Shown here: positions 8,427 through 19,450 of the stretch, in pieces
How the letters are laid out: every line of letters starts with the position of its first letter
Numbering within the stretch: the first letter of the stretch is position 1
Origin: an uncultured Elusimicrobia bacterium
Lineage (GTDB): Bacteria > Elusimicrobiota > Elusimicrobia > UBA1565 > UBA9628
NCBI GenBank assembly: GCA_964450975.1
Contig: CAYVFO010000001.1
Span: 1-59,940, forward strand
Length of the DNA stretch: 59,940 nucleotides
Direction of reading: 5' to 3'
Notes under the pieces: generated by a model
What the model saw: only the letters and a program-made list of their open reading frames with translations
Database searches by the model: none
Told to the model about the DNA's origin: nothing
Position numbers and translations under genes: made by a program

Positions 8427-10342
8427 CGCGCCGCCTCGACCCCGCGTACGCCTGCGCGGCCGCGCTCGGCGTCATGGTTCTCGCTCTGCTCGGACCGGCG
8501 TGGGCGAAAGGCCTGACGCCGTTCTGGTCCGACCTCACCTACCTGCACCAGGCTTGGCGCTCGGCGCCGGCGATGAGCGTGGCGGCGGGGCGCGTCCCGC
8601 TGTGGGAGCCGTCGCTCTACCTCGGCATGCCGTCGCTCGCCGCGCTCCAGGGCGCGCTGCTCTATCCGCCGACGATCCTCTACTATCTGTTCGGCTTCGC
8701 GACCGCGACCGCGCTCTATCACGCGCTGCACCTGGTCGTCGCCGGCTGGCTGTGCGCCCTGTGGCTGCGGTCTTGGCGCATGACGTGGGGCGCCGCGCTC
8801 GGCGGGGGAATCCTCTTCGCGTTCGGCGGCCTGCTCGTCGCGCGCCTGCCCTACCTCAACCATCTCTCGGTGTTCGCGTGGGCGCCCGCTCTGCTGCTGT
8901 TCTTCCGGCGTCCGGCGGCGCTCGGCCTCGTCCTCGCCTTGATGACGCTCGCGGGCTACCCGACGGCCGTTCCCGGCTGCGCGCTCGCGGCGTGGGCGGT
9001 CGCGTTCGCGGCGCGCACGCGCCGGACCGAATGGCGCTCCTCGGCGCTCGCGTGGGGCCTCGCCGGCGCGCTCGCCGCCGCGCTCTCGGCGGCGCAGCTC
9101 CTGCCCGGGCTCGAGCTCGCGTCGCTGTCGCGCCGCGCGGCCGGCCTCTCGCTCGAGGAGGCTCTCACCTGGAGCTTCTCGCCGGGCGACCTCCTGCAGT
9201 GGATCGGCCCGCTCGCCGTCGGGTGGGGCGCGTTCAAGCCCGCCGAGCAATGGTGGCTCTGCGTCTATCTCGGCGTCGCCGGGACGATTCTCTGCTGCGC
9301 CGGAGCTCTCGCGGTCCCGCGCCGCCGCGCGGCGGCGCTCGCCGTCTTCCTCGCGGCGGCCGTCGCGCTCACGCTCGGCGGCACGAACCCGCTCTCGTCG
9401 TGGCTCTGGGCGCACCTCGCCCCGCTCAAGTACGTGCGCTATCCGGGCAACCTCGCGTACCTGTGCCTCCCCGCGCTCGCCGCGCTCGCGGCCGCGGGGC
9501 TCGCGCGGCGAAAGTCGGGGCCCGTGCTCGTCCTGCTGCTCGCCGCCGAGCTCGCCGCGCTCGGCCGCTTCGCGACGCCGCTCGCGCCCCGGGCGCTGTT
9601 CACCGACGCCGGGCCGCTCGTGCGCGCGCTGCAGGAGCGGCAGGCGGGCTCGCGCTATCTGATCTCGCCGCGCGCCCTCCATTCCTCGTCGGGCGCCGAC
9701 GTCTTCGACTGGCGCCGCCGGCTCTACGGCCTGACGAACGCGCCGTACCGCCTGCGCGCGGCCGTCAACTTCGGCGAGCCGCTCGTTCCGCGCGATTCGT
9801 ACGCCGCGGTCGATTTCCTGCAGAGCCTGCCGGGCGCCGACGCCGCCGCGAGCTGGATGCCGTGGATCGGCGCTTCGCGCCTGCTCACGCCTTCGCCCGC
9901 CGACACCGCGCGCTTGGCCGTCGAGGGCGTCGCTCTCTGGCACGTCGCGCGCGTCCGCGGTCCCGTCTCGCTCGCGTACTTCCTGCCTCCGCGCGAAGGC
10001 GCGGCGCTTCCCGCCGCGCTCGCGGGCGAGCCTCCCGAGACCGGCTCGCCGCTCGAGCTCCGGCGCGAGCGCGAGGACCGCTTCGAGATCTCCGGCGAAG
10101 GCGCGGGCTGGGCGTTCGCCGCCGAGCCGCGCTTCCCGGGCTGGACCGCGTCGCTCGAGACGCCCGCGGGCGTCCGTCCCGTTTCGCCGCTTCCGGCGCT
10201 CGGCCCGTTCCAGAAAGTCGAGACTCCGGCCGGGCCTTGGACCGTGCGCTGGCGCTACGAGCCGCGCCCGTGGGCGCTCGGACTTCTCGCCTCGTGGGCG
10301 TCGTTGGCGGCCCTCGCGGCCTATTGGTATCATCGCCGATGA
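8423..10342 (+). CDS. YfhO-like GT-C membrane glycosyltransferase, paralog 1
   Basis: The real frame is the 3' part of track ORF 7130-10342. GTG start overlaps the upstream stop (GTGA). N-terminal motif GRVPLWEPSLYLGMP...LYPP. Many TM helices and a terminal TM anchor. Confidence 0.65.
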   Translation: MTRRLDPAYACAAALGVMVLALLGPAWAKGLTPFWSDLTYLHQAWRSAPAMSVAAGRVPLWEPSLYLGMPSLAALQGALLYPPTILYYLFGFATATALYHALHLVVAGWLCALWLRSWRMTWGAALGGGILFAFGGLLVARLPYLNHLSVFAWAPALLLFFRRPAALGLVLALMTLAGYPTAVPGCALAAWAVAFAARTRRTEWRSSALAWGLAGALAAALSAAQLLPGLELASLSRRAAGLSLEEALTWSFSPGDLLQWIGPLAVGWGAFKPAEQWWLCVYLGVAGTILCCAGALAVPRRRAAALAVFLAAAVALTLGGTNPLSSWLWAHLAPLKYVRYPGNLAYLCLPALAALAAAGLARRKSGPVLVLLLAAELAALGRFATPLAPRALFTDAGPLVRALQERQAGSRYLISPRALHSSSGADVFDWRRRLYGLTNAPYRLRAAVNFGEPLVPRDSYAAVDFLQSLPGADAAASWMPWIGASRLLTPSPADTARLAVEGVALWHVARVRGPVSLAYFLPPREGAALPAALAGEPPETGSPLELRREREDRFEISGEGAGWAFAAEPRFPGWTASLETPAGVRPVSPLPALGPFQKVETPAGPWTVRWRYEPRPWALGLLASWASLAALAAYWYHRR

Positions 10343-12177
10343 CCAAACGGGACGCCCTCGCCGCCGCCGGCCTGGCCGCCGTCCTGCTGGCTCTTCTCGC
10401 GCCGGCGTGGGCCCGCACCTCTCCCGCGTTCTTCAATCACGGCGACCTCTGGACGTACCATTGGCCGCTGCGGCATCACAGCGCGACGGAGTTGATCTCG
10501 GGCCGCCTCCCGCTCTGGAACCCGTACGTCCTCCTCGGCGTTCCGCACGCCGCCAACCCGCAGACCGCGCTCCTCTATCCGCTCTCGATCCTGGGCTTCG
10601 TCCTGCCCGCGCTGACGGCGCTCGCGTGGGATCAGATCCTGCACCTGCTCTGGGCGGGCCTCGGCGCGTTCCTGCTCGCGCGCCACCAGCGCCTCTCGCG
10701 CGGCCCCGCCGTCGCCCTCGCGGCCGCCTACGCGCTGTGCCCGTTTCTGATCTTCCGGATCACGGCCGGAATCCCGACCTTGCTCGCCTCGCTCGCGTGG
10801 GTGCCGTGGGCGTGGCTCGCGTGGCTCGGCGGCTCGGCGTTCCTGCTCTCCGCCGTCTTCGCTCTGCAGTTCCTCTCGGGACACCCGCAGTTCCTCGTCG
10901 TCAACGCGGCGGGGATGGCGCTCTGGGCCGCGATCCGCGCGCCGCGCGCGCTGCCGCGTCTCGCGGCCGGGGCCGCGGGCGCGGCCGTCCTCGCGGCGGC
11001 GCAGTGGCTGCCGCTGCTCGAGCTGCTGCTCGGCTCCAACCGCGCGGGCTGGCCCGCCGAGTTCGCCGCGTCGTATTCGCTCGAGCCGCGCGCCGTCCTC
11101 GCGTGGCTCGTCCCGTCGGCGCTCGGCACGCCCTTCGACGGCCGCTGGACGGGCCCGATCTCCGTCTTCTACGAGAGCTGCGGCGTCCAGCTCGGGCTCG
11201 CCGCGTACGCGGTCGCCGCCGCGGGGCTGCTGCGCGGCGGGCGCGCCGCCGCCGCGGCCGCGGGCGTCGCCGTCGCCGGCTTCCTGCTCGCGCTCGGCGG
11301 CAACGGTCCGCTCGCGTTCCTGCTGACGATGCCGGGCGCTTCGTTTTTGCGGACGCCGTCGCGCTGGTCCTTGCTCTGCCTCTGGGGACTGTGGCTCCTC
11401 TTCGCCGCGGGTCTGCGCTCGCTCGAGCGGCGCGGCCCGTCGCGCCGGTGGGCGGCGCTCGCCCCGCTGCTCGCCCTGCCGCTGCTCCTGCGGGCGCCCG
11501 CCTATCTGCGCGGAGAGGATCCGGCGCCCTACGCGGCGTCCAAGCCCGAGATCGCGGCCCTCGGCGGCGGAGCCTCGCGCGTGCTCGTCGATCCCGAGCT
11601 CGCGAACCAGAACAAGTCGATCGTCTACCGCCTGCGCAACGCCAACGGCTACGACGCCTTCTACCCGGCGGGCTCGGCGCTCTGGGCCGCGGCCGCGCAG
11701 GGGGAGCCCGCCGCCGACTCGAGCCGCGTGCTCGTCTCGAACTGGAAATCCGACGCCTCCGCCCGCGCGGGCGTGGCGATTCGTCTCGGGCCCTCCGGGC
11801 TCGAGCGCTCGAGCGACGCCTGGCCGCTCGCCGCGTTCGTCGACGCCGCGGGCCGCCGGCTCAAGCCCGATCCCGCGCTCGTCCTCGAGCGACCCGGGCG
11901 CTGGCTCGTCGCGGGGCCCGCGCCGAAGGGCGCCGCCGCGGTGGCGCTCGCCGAGCAGGCCTGGCCCGGCTGGCGGGCCTTCCTCGGCGGCTCCGAGGCG
12001 GAGCTCGGCGGCTGGGGCCCCGCCTTCTCGCTCGTCGAGCTTCCGCCCGGACTCGCGAGCGTCGACCTGCGCTTCGAGTTCGACCCGCCGCTCGCGCGCC
12101 TGCTGCCGCTCGCGGCGGCTCTCGCGTGGGGCGCGTGGCTCGCGGCCGCCGCCCGCGCGGCGAGGAGCGCGGCATGA
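10339..12177 (+). CDS. YfhO-like GT-C membrane glycosyltransferase, paralog 2
   Basis: This is the 3' part of track ORF 8500-12177, with an ATGA overlap. N-terminal motif GRLPLWNPYVLLGVP...LYPL is clearly paralogous to the preceding gene. Confidence 0.65.
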   Translation: MTKRDALAAAGLAAVLLALLAPAWARTSPAFFNHGDLWTYHWPLRHHSATELISGRLPLWNPYVLLGVPHAANPQTALLYPLSILGFVLPALTALAWDQILHLLWAGLGAFLLARHQRLSRGPAVALAAAYALCPFLIFRITAGIPTLLASLAWVPWAWLAWLGGSAFLLSAVFALQFLSGHPQFLVVNAAGMALWAAIRAPRALPRLAAGAAGAAVLAAAQWLPLLELLLGSNRAGWPAEFAASYSLEPRAVLAWLVPSALGTPFDGRWTGPISVFYESCGVQLGLAAYAVAAAGLLRGGRAAAAAAGVAVAGFLLALGGNGPLAFLLTMPGASFLRTPSRWSLLCLWGLWLLFAAGLRSLERRGPSRRWAALAPLLALPLLLRAPAYLRGEDPAPYAASKPEIAALGGGASRVLVDPELANQNKSIVYRLRNANGYDAFYPAGSALWAAAAQGEPAADSSRVLVSNWKSDASARAGVAIRLGPSGLERSSDAWPLAAFVDAAGRRLKPDPALVLERPGRWLVAGPAPKGAAAVALAEQAWPGWRAFLGGSEAELGGWGPAFSLVELPPGLASVDLRFEFDPPLARLLPLAAALAWGAWLAAAARAARSAA

Positions 12178-13154
12178 AGCGCAAGCTCTCGATCGCCGCC
12201 GCGATCGGCGTCACCGTCCTCTTCCTGTGGCTCGCGCTGCGCGGCGTCGCGTTCCATGAGCTCGGCGCCGCGCTCGCCGGCGCGCGCTGGGCCTGGCTCG
12301 TCCCGATGGTCGTCATCATGAGCGTCGATCTGCTCGTGCGCGGCTACCGCTGGCGCGTGCTGCTGTCGCGCGCGCGTCCCGAGCCCGCGCCGACGTGGAC
12401 GATGGTCAAGCTCTCGGCGATCGGGCTCGCGGTCAACAACGTGCTGTTCCTGCGGCTGGGCGAGCTCGCGCGCGCCGCTCTCGCGGGGCGCCTGCTGAAG
12501 ATCCCGGTGCTCGCCTCGCTCGCGAGCGTCGCGATCGAGCGCGCGCTCGACGTCTCGGCCCTCCTGACGATCTTCATCCTCGCCGCGAAAGCCGTTCCCG
12601 GGGTCGCCGACGACCGCGTCGTGCTCGCCGCCGGGGTCATCCTCGCGGCGGCGATCTCCGCGCTCGTCGTGCTCGCGGTCGCCGAGGCGTGGGTCGCGCC
12701 GGGCGGCTGGATCGAGCGCGCCCTGCGCCCCTGGCCCAAGCTGCACGGCCTCGTCGAGCAGCTCTCGCTCGGCGCCGCGGTCCTGCGCTCTCCGTCGGCC
12801 GCCGCGCAGGCCGCCGCGCTGTCGGTGTTCCTCTGGTCGATCGACGCCGCGCTCTACTGGGCGTCCGCGCGCCTGATGGGCCTCGAGACGATCATGGACT
12901 ACCCGCGCGCGGTCCTCACGCTCTCATGGGCGGGCGCGTCGTCGGCGCTGCCCGCCGCGCCCGGCGCGATCGGCACGTTCGAGGCCGTCGTCGCGTCGAT
13001 CCTGGGCAAGCTCGGCGCGGAGCCGGCGGCCGCGTTCGCCTACGCGCTCGTCACTCACATGGTCATGTACCTCTACGTCACCTGCCTGGGCCTGCTGTTC
13101 CTCTCGCGCGAGGGCATCTCGCTCGCGCAGCTGCAGGAGGAGGCGAAGAAATGA
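12174..13154 (+). CDS. flippase-like / lysylphosphatidylglycerol-synthase-TM-domain family membrane protein
   Basis: 326 aa (3' part of track ORF 10407-13154), with an ATGA overlap. Contains a VDLLVRGYRWRVLL motif and about 8 TM helices. Confidence 0.6.
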   Translation: MKRKLSIAAAIGVTVLFLWLALRGVAFHELGAALAGARWAWLVPMVVIMSVDLLVRGYRWRVLLSRARPEPAPTWTMVKLSAIGLAVNNVLFLRLGELARAALAGRLLKIPVLASLASVAIERALDVSALLTIFILAAKAVPGVADDRVVLAAGVILAAAISALVVLAVAEAWVAPGGWIERALRPWPKLHGLVEQLSLGAAVLRSPSAAAQAAALSVFLWSIDAALYWASARLMGLETIMDYPRAVLTLSWAGASSALPAAPGAIGTFEAVVASILGKLGAEPAAAFAYALVTHMVMYLYVTCLGLLFLSREGISLAQLQEEAKK

Positions 13155-14173
13155 AGCTCTCGCTCCTCGGGGTCCTGGCGTGCCCCGTCTGCGGCGGAGA
13201 CCTCAAGTTCTCCGTGCTCGAGGAGTACCCGCGCCACGACCAGGAGGTCGAGGACGCGACGCTCGCGTGCAAGGGCTGCGGCCGGGAGTATCCCGTGCGC
13301 GAGGGCATCCCGCGCCTGCGCCCGCCCGCTCCCGTCGCGGCCGCGACCGACAAGACGCGCCGCGCGTTCGGCTGGGAGTGGCTCCGGTACCCGGGCTCGC
13401 TGCCCGAGGACAAGGAGATCTGGCTCGAGGAGACGATGCTGCCGGTCGAGGAGGTCGCGGGCAAGCTCGTGCTCGACGCGGGCTGCGGCATGGGCCGCTA
13501 CAGCGCCGTCGCGCTCTCGCTCGGCGCGGAGGTCGTCGCGCTCGACATGTCCGAGAGCCTCATCCGCGTCGCCGCGCTCGCGCGCACGCAGCCGAAGCTC
13601 CATCCCGTCGAGGGAGACCTGCTCGCGCCGCCGTTCAAGAAGGGCGTGTTCGACACGGCGTACAGCCAGGGCGTCCTCCACCACACCGCGGACACGCGCG
13701 CCGCGTTCAAGGCCGTCGCCGCTCTCGTGAAGCCGCGCGGGCACCTCTCGGTCTGGCTCTACGGCAAAGCGGGCCGCTACGCCGATTTCGCGACGAACCC
13801 CCTCAAGCCCGGCCGCGAATGGATCGCGAAGCGCCGCCGGCTCGCGTGGTGGATCGTGCTTCTGCGGCACGTCGTCAGCGACTTCGTGCGCGTCTTCACC
13901 ACGCGCCTGCCGGTGCCCGTCGTGCACCTGATCTGCCATCCGCTCACGTGGCTCGGCGTCGTGCCCGGCCTCAAGTGGTTCACCTACTCGGTGCATCCCG
14001 ACTATCAGGTCCGCCTCATCGAGAACTTCGACTGGATCTCGCCGCCGTATCAGTGGCACCACACGAAGGAGGAGCTCGCCCGCTGGTACAACGAGGAGGG
14101 ATTCACGGTCCTGCGCTTCCTGCCGCACGGACTCGTGCCCAAGCCGGGGGCGATCGGCCGGAAGGCCAAGTGA
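13151..14173 (+). CDS. class I SAM-dependent methyltransferase with N-terminal Trm112-like zinc ribbon
   Basis: 340 aa. CPVCGG...CKGCGREYPVREGIPRL followed by VLDAGCGMGRY (SAM motif I). ATGA overlap. Confidence 0.75.
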   Translation: MKLSLLGVLACPVCGGDLKFSVLEEYPRHDQEVEDATLACKGCGREYPVREGIPRLRPPAPVAAATDKTRRAFGWEWLRYPGSLPEDKEIWLEETMLPVEEVAGKLVLDAGCGMGRYSAVALSLGAEVVALDMSESLIRVAALARTQPKLHPVEGDLLAPPFKKGVFDTAYSQGVLHHTADTRAAFKAVAALVKPRGHLSVWLYGKAGRYADFATNPLKPGREWIAKRRRLAWWIVLLRHVVSDFVRVFTTRLPVPVVHLICHPLTWLGVVPGLKWFTYSVHPDYQVRLIENFDWISPPYQWHHTKEELARWYNEEGFTVLRFLPHGLVPKPGAIGRKAK

Positions 14174-15300
14174 CCGGCGGCCCGCGCGTCGTCATGGTCA
14201 GCGCGGGCTTCTGGCCGGCCCTCGGCGGCGCCGAGGGGCAGGCGCTCGAGCTTTCTCGCGCTCTGCTCGCGCGCGGCGCGAAAGTGCTGGTGCTGACGCG
14301 CCGCGTCGACGGCCTGCCCTCTCGCGGCGAGGCGAAAGGCGTGCCCGTCCGGCGCCTGCGCGTGCTCGGGACCGGAGCGCTCGACTCGCTCTCGTTTTTG
14401 TTCGGCGCGTTCGGCTGGCTGCTCAAGCACGGCGCGGAGTACGACGCGATCCACGTCCATCTCGCCGGCTCGCCCGCGCTCGCCGCCGCGGCCGCCGGCC
14501 GCTGGCTCGGCAAGCCCGTCGTCGTGAAGCTCGGCGGCGGGCGCGGCATCGGCGAGCTCGCCGTCTCCTCGAAGACGGCGCTCGGCCGCCTCAAGCTCGC
14601 CCTGCTCGCGCGGCTCGGGCCCAAGTTCCTCGCGGTCGTCCCCGATCTGGCCGACGAGGCGCGCGAGCATCTCGGCGGCGCGGACATCGAGATCCTGCCC
14701 AACGGCGTCGACGCGGCGCGCTTTACGCCCGTCCCGGCCGCGCGGAAGGCCGCGCTGCGGCGGGAGCTCGGCTGGCCCGCGGGAGCCGTCTTCCTCTACA
14801 CCGGCCGCTTCTCCTGGGAGAAGCGACTGCCGTGGTTCGCCAAGGCGTGGCTCACGGGCTCCGCGGGCAAGGACGCGGCGCTCCTGCTCGCGGGCGACGG
14901 GCCCGAGCGCCCCGCGCTCGAGGCCGAGGCCGCCGCGTCCGGCGGGCGCGTGCGCGTGCTGCCGCGCGTCGACGACGCCGCTCCGCTCTACGCCGCCGCC
15001 GACGCGTTCGTCCTCCCGTCCGTCTCGGAGGGCCTGTCGAACTCGCTGCTCGAGGCGATGTCCTCCGGCCTCGCCGTCGTCGCGAGCGCCGTCGGCGGGA
15101 CCGCGCAGACGGTGGACGGCGGCCGCACGGGCCTCTTGTTCCCGGAGGGGGACGCCGCGGCCGCCTCCGCCGCCGTCGCGAAGATTCTGGCCGACCCCGC
15201 CGCCGCGGCGGCGCTCGGACGGGCCGCGCGCGCGGAGATCGAATCCAAATATTCTCTCGACCGCGTCGCCTCGCGCTGCCTGGAGCTCTACCGCCCATGA
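14170..15300 (+). CDS. glycosyltransferase family 4 (GT-B)
   Basis: About 376 aa. The C-terminal EGLSNSLLEAMSSGLAVVAS (E-x7-E region) is typical of GT4. GTG at 14170 overlaps the upstream stop; an alternative ATG lies at 14194. Confidence 0.8.
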   Translation: MTGGPRVVMVSAGFWPALGGAEGQALELSRALLARGAKVLVLTRRVDGLPSRGEAKGVPVRRLRVLGTGALDSLSFLFGAFGWLLKHGAEYDAIHVHLAGSPALAAAAAGRWLGKPVVVKLGGGRGIGELAVSSKTALGRLKLALLARLGPKFLAVVPDLADEAREHLGGADIEILPNGVDAARFTPVPAARKAALRRELGWPAGAVFLYTGRFSWEKRLPWFAKAWLTGSAGKDAALLLAGDGPERPALEAEAAASGGRVRVLPRVDDAAPLYAAADAFVLPSVSEGLSNSLLEAMSSGLAVVASAVGGTAQTVDGGRTGLLFPEGDAAAASAAVAKILADPAAAAALGRAARAEIESKYSLDRVASRCLELYRP

Positions 15301-16775
15301 GCCGCGGCGAGCGCTTCGCGCGCAACGTCGGCTGGGGCGTCTCGGGACAGCTCGCGATCGCGGCCGTCAACCTCGCCGTGATCCCGAAGCTCGTGAAGGG
15401 CTTCGGCGTCGAGACGTACGCGCTCTACCTGCTGATGAACGCGGCCGCGGGCTGGATCGGCGCCCTCCATTTCGGCGTCGGCAACGCGATCACGCGCTAC
15501 GCGGCGGAGGCGCAGGCTCAGGACCGCCGCTCGGGCCTCGACGACGCCGCGCGCCACGGGCTGCTCGTCTTCACGGGGGCGGCGGCGGCCGCCGCCGCCG
15601 TCCTCTGGGCCGCCGCGCCTTGGCTCGCGGCGAAAGTGTTCTCGGTGCCCGCGATCTACCAGCAGCACGGCGAGTTCATGATCCGCGCGGCCGCGCTCGG
15701 CTCGGTTCTCGCCGCCGTCTCGTCGTGCTGCGCCGCCGCGTTCCAAGGCCTGCACCGCTTCGACCTCGTGTCGGCGGCGGGCCTCCTGCAGGGCCTGCTG
15801 ATCCCGCTCTCGGTGCTGGGCGCCCTGTCGATCGGCCGAGGCCTCAAGGCCGGCGCGATCGGCTTCGTCGGCGTCCACGCGGGAGTCGCCGTCCTGAGCC
15901 TGGCGGCGCTCGCGCGCGAGCGCGCGAAGCTGCGCGCGGGCGGCGCCCGCATCACGTTCGAGCATTTCATCATGTTCTCGATCGGATTCTGGCCGTCGAG
16001 CCTGGCCCAGCTCGTCAGCGGACAGCTCGACCGCGCGTTCGTCGCCGGCCTGCGCTCGATGTCGGAGTTCACGCTCTACGCCGTGCCCGCGGGCCTGCTC
16101 TCGCGCCTGCAGTCCTTCCCGGCGACGGCGTCCGCGGCGCTGCTGCCCGTCGTCGTCGGGCACGCGGGGGAAGACCTGACGCGGCCGTATCTGCGCGCCT
16201 CGCGCGTCCTCGCGGGCCTCATCATCCCGGCGCATGCGCTTCTCTTCGCGCTCATGCCGCAGTTCCTGTCGCTGTGGCTCGGCGGAAGCTTCGGCGACGC
16301 GAGCGTCTGGCCCGCGCGCCTGCTCGTCGCGGCGCAGGGCTTCGCCTTGTTCGCCTTCCTGCCCAACGCTGTCGCCGCCGCGCGCCGCGACGGCTGGTGG
16401 TTCTCCGCCGCGAGCTGGGCGCAGGCGCTCATCTGTCTCGCGCTCTGGCCGCTGCTCATCCCGAAGTGGGGCCTGCTCGGCGCCGCCGCCGGCGGGCTCG
16501 CCGCGCAGGCCGTCTCCTCGACGGCCTTCGTCGCCGCGGTCCACTCACGCCTCCTCCATTTGAGCTGGCTCCGCTTCGCGCGCGAGGCGCTGCTGCCCGC
16601 CGCCTGCGGCGTCGCCGCCATGTCCGTCCTCGCCTGGCCTCTGCGCACGCGCGTGACCGGCTGGGCCGACTTCCTCGCCTTGTGCGCGGCCTCCGGCGCG
16701 ACGTATACTTATGTCTTCTGGCGCCTGCTCCCCCGGGAAGACCGGGAATTCCTCCGCGAGCGCCTCCCTTTCTAA
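15297..16775 (+). CDS. Wzx-type oligo/polysaccharide flippase (MOP superfamily)
   Basis: 492 aa with about 12-14 TM helices. N-terminus FARNVGWGVSGQLAIAAVNLAVIPKLVK. ATGA overlap. Confidence 0.7.
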   Translation: MSRGERFARNVGWGVSGQLAIAAVNLAVIPKLVKGFGVETYALYLLMNAAAGWIGALHFGVGNAITRYAAEAQAQDRRSGLDDAARHGLLVFTGAAAAAAAVLWAAAPWLAAKVFSVPAIYQQHGEFMIRAAALGSVLAAVSSCCAAAFQGLHRFDLVSAAGLLQGLLIPLSVLGALSIGRGLKAGAIGFVGVHAGVAVLSLAALARERAKLRAGGARITFEHFIMFSIGFWPSSLAQLVSGQLDRAFVAGLRSMSEFTLYAVPAGLLSRLQSFPATASAALLPVVVGHAGEDLTRPYLRASRVLAGLIIPAHALLFALMPQFLSLWLGGSFGDASVWPARLLVAAQGFALFAFLPNAVAAARRDGWWFSAASWAQALICLALWPLLIPKWGLLGAAAGGLAAQAVSSTAFVAAVHSRLLHLSWLRFAREALLPAACGVAAMSVLAWPLRTRVTGWADFLALCAASGATYTYVFWRLLPREDREFLRERLPF

Positions 16776-16778
16776 ACC

Positions 16779-18706
<1,928 letters not shown>

Positions 18707-18710
<4 letters not shown>

Positions 18711-19204
18711 AGCGGCCGCGGCTGATCGCGATCGCCGTCCTCGCGCTCGGAATGTTCCTCCTGCGCGACAAGGTGCGCGGCGTGTTCTTCTTCCTCGACG
18801 GTATCGACCTGATCATCCACGAGGCGGGCCATCCGATTCTCGGGATCTTCGGCTGGCGCTGGCTCATGATGGCGGGCGGGACGATCTTTCAGCTCGCCTG
18901 GCCGCTGGCGTTCGTCCGCCACTTCTGGAAGAACGGTCAGCCCAAGTCGGCCTACGCTTGCGTGCTGTGGTTCGGCCAGAACTTCCTGCACATCGGCCGC
19001 TACGCGGCCGACGCCCGCGCCCAGGAGCTGCCGCTGGTCGGCGGCGGGGAGCACGACTGGACCTATCTGCTCGACTGCTGGGGCCTGCTCGCGCGCGACA
19101 TCGGCGTCGGGATGACCTTCGATTTCCTCGGTTGCGCGATCATCGCGTGGTCGCTCGTCGCGCTCTGGGCCGAAGCGCGGCGTCCCGATCCGTCCTTGGT
19201 CTGA
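18707..19204 (+). CDS. small polytopic membrane protein with HExxH (HEAGH) motif
   Basis: About 165 aa. TTG start at 18707 overlaps the asnB stop; an alternative ATG lies at 18752. HEAGH is encoded at 18818-18832. About 4 TM helices and high GC3. Confidence 0.45.
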
Positions 19205-19450
19205 ACGGCAAACCACCAAGACACAAAGACACGAAGAACGGCGGCGGAAAGAACGGAACGGATCAACACGAAGACGGCGAAGGACGGCGAAGACGGATAA
19301 GAACGAAACGGAAAAAGGTGATACGGCGTACGGAGGCCATGGCCTCCGTACGCCGTTACCCTCAATCCGTTCTTCGCCGTCCTTCGCCGTTCTTGGCGCG
19401 TCGGCACGAAATCATCTTCGTGTTTTTCCGTTGTTCGCCGTCGGGCGAAA
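19205..19450. repeat. structured inverted-repeat intergenic element, copy 1 (MITE/REP-like; candidate bidirectional terminator)
   Basis: It fills the whole spacer between convergent stop codons at 19204 and 19451. It holds a perfect 34-nt palindrome (19323-19356) and a second stem of about 29 bp (19270-19298 pairing with 19365-19395). A 51-nt block and a 43-nt block are identical to copy 2. Confidence 0.8.

Noticed and set aside
2049-10333. Long antisense ORFs opposite the pilus and glycan genes: 2049-3863, 4541-7339 (932 aa), 6984-8402 and 7964-10333 (789 aa).
   Set aside because: They lie opposite well-supported genes, have low-complexity R/A/G/D/E-rich translations, and do not show high GC3 in their own frame. 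This is a typical stop-codon-poor antisense frame in ~70% GC DNA.
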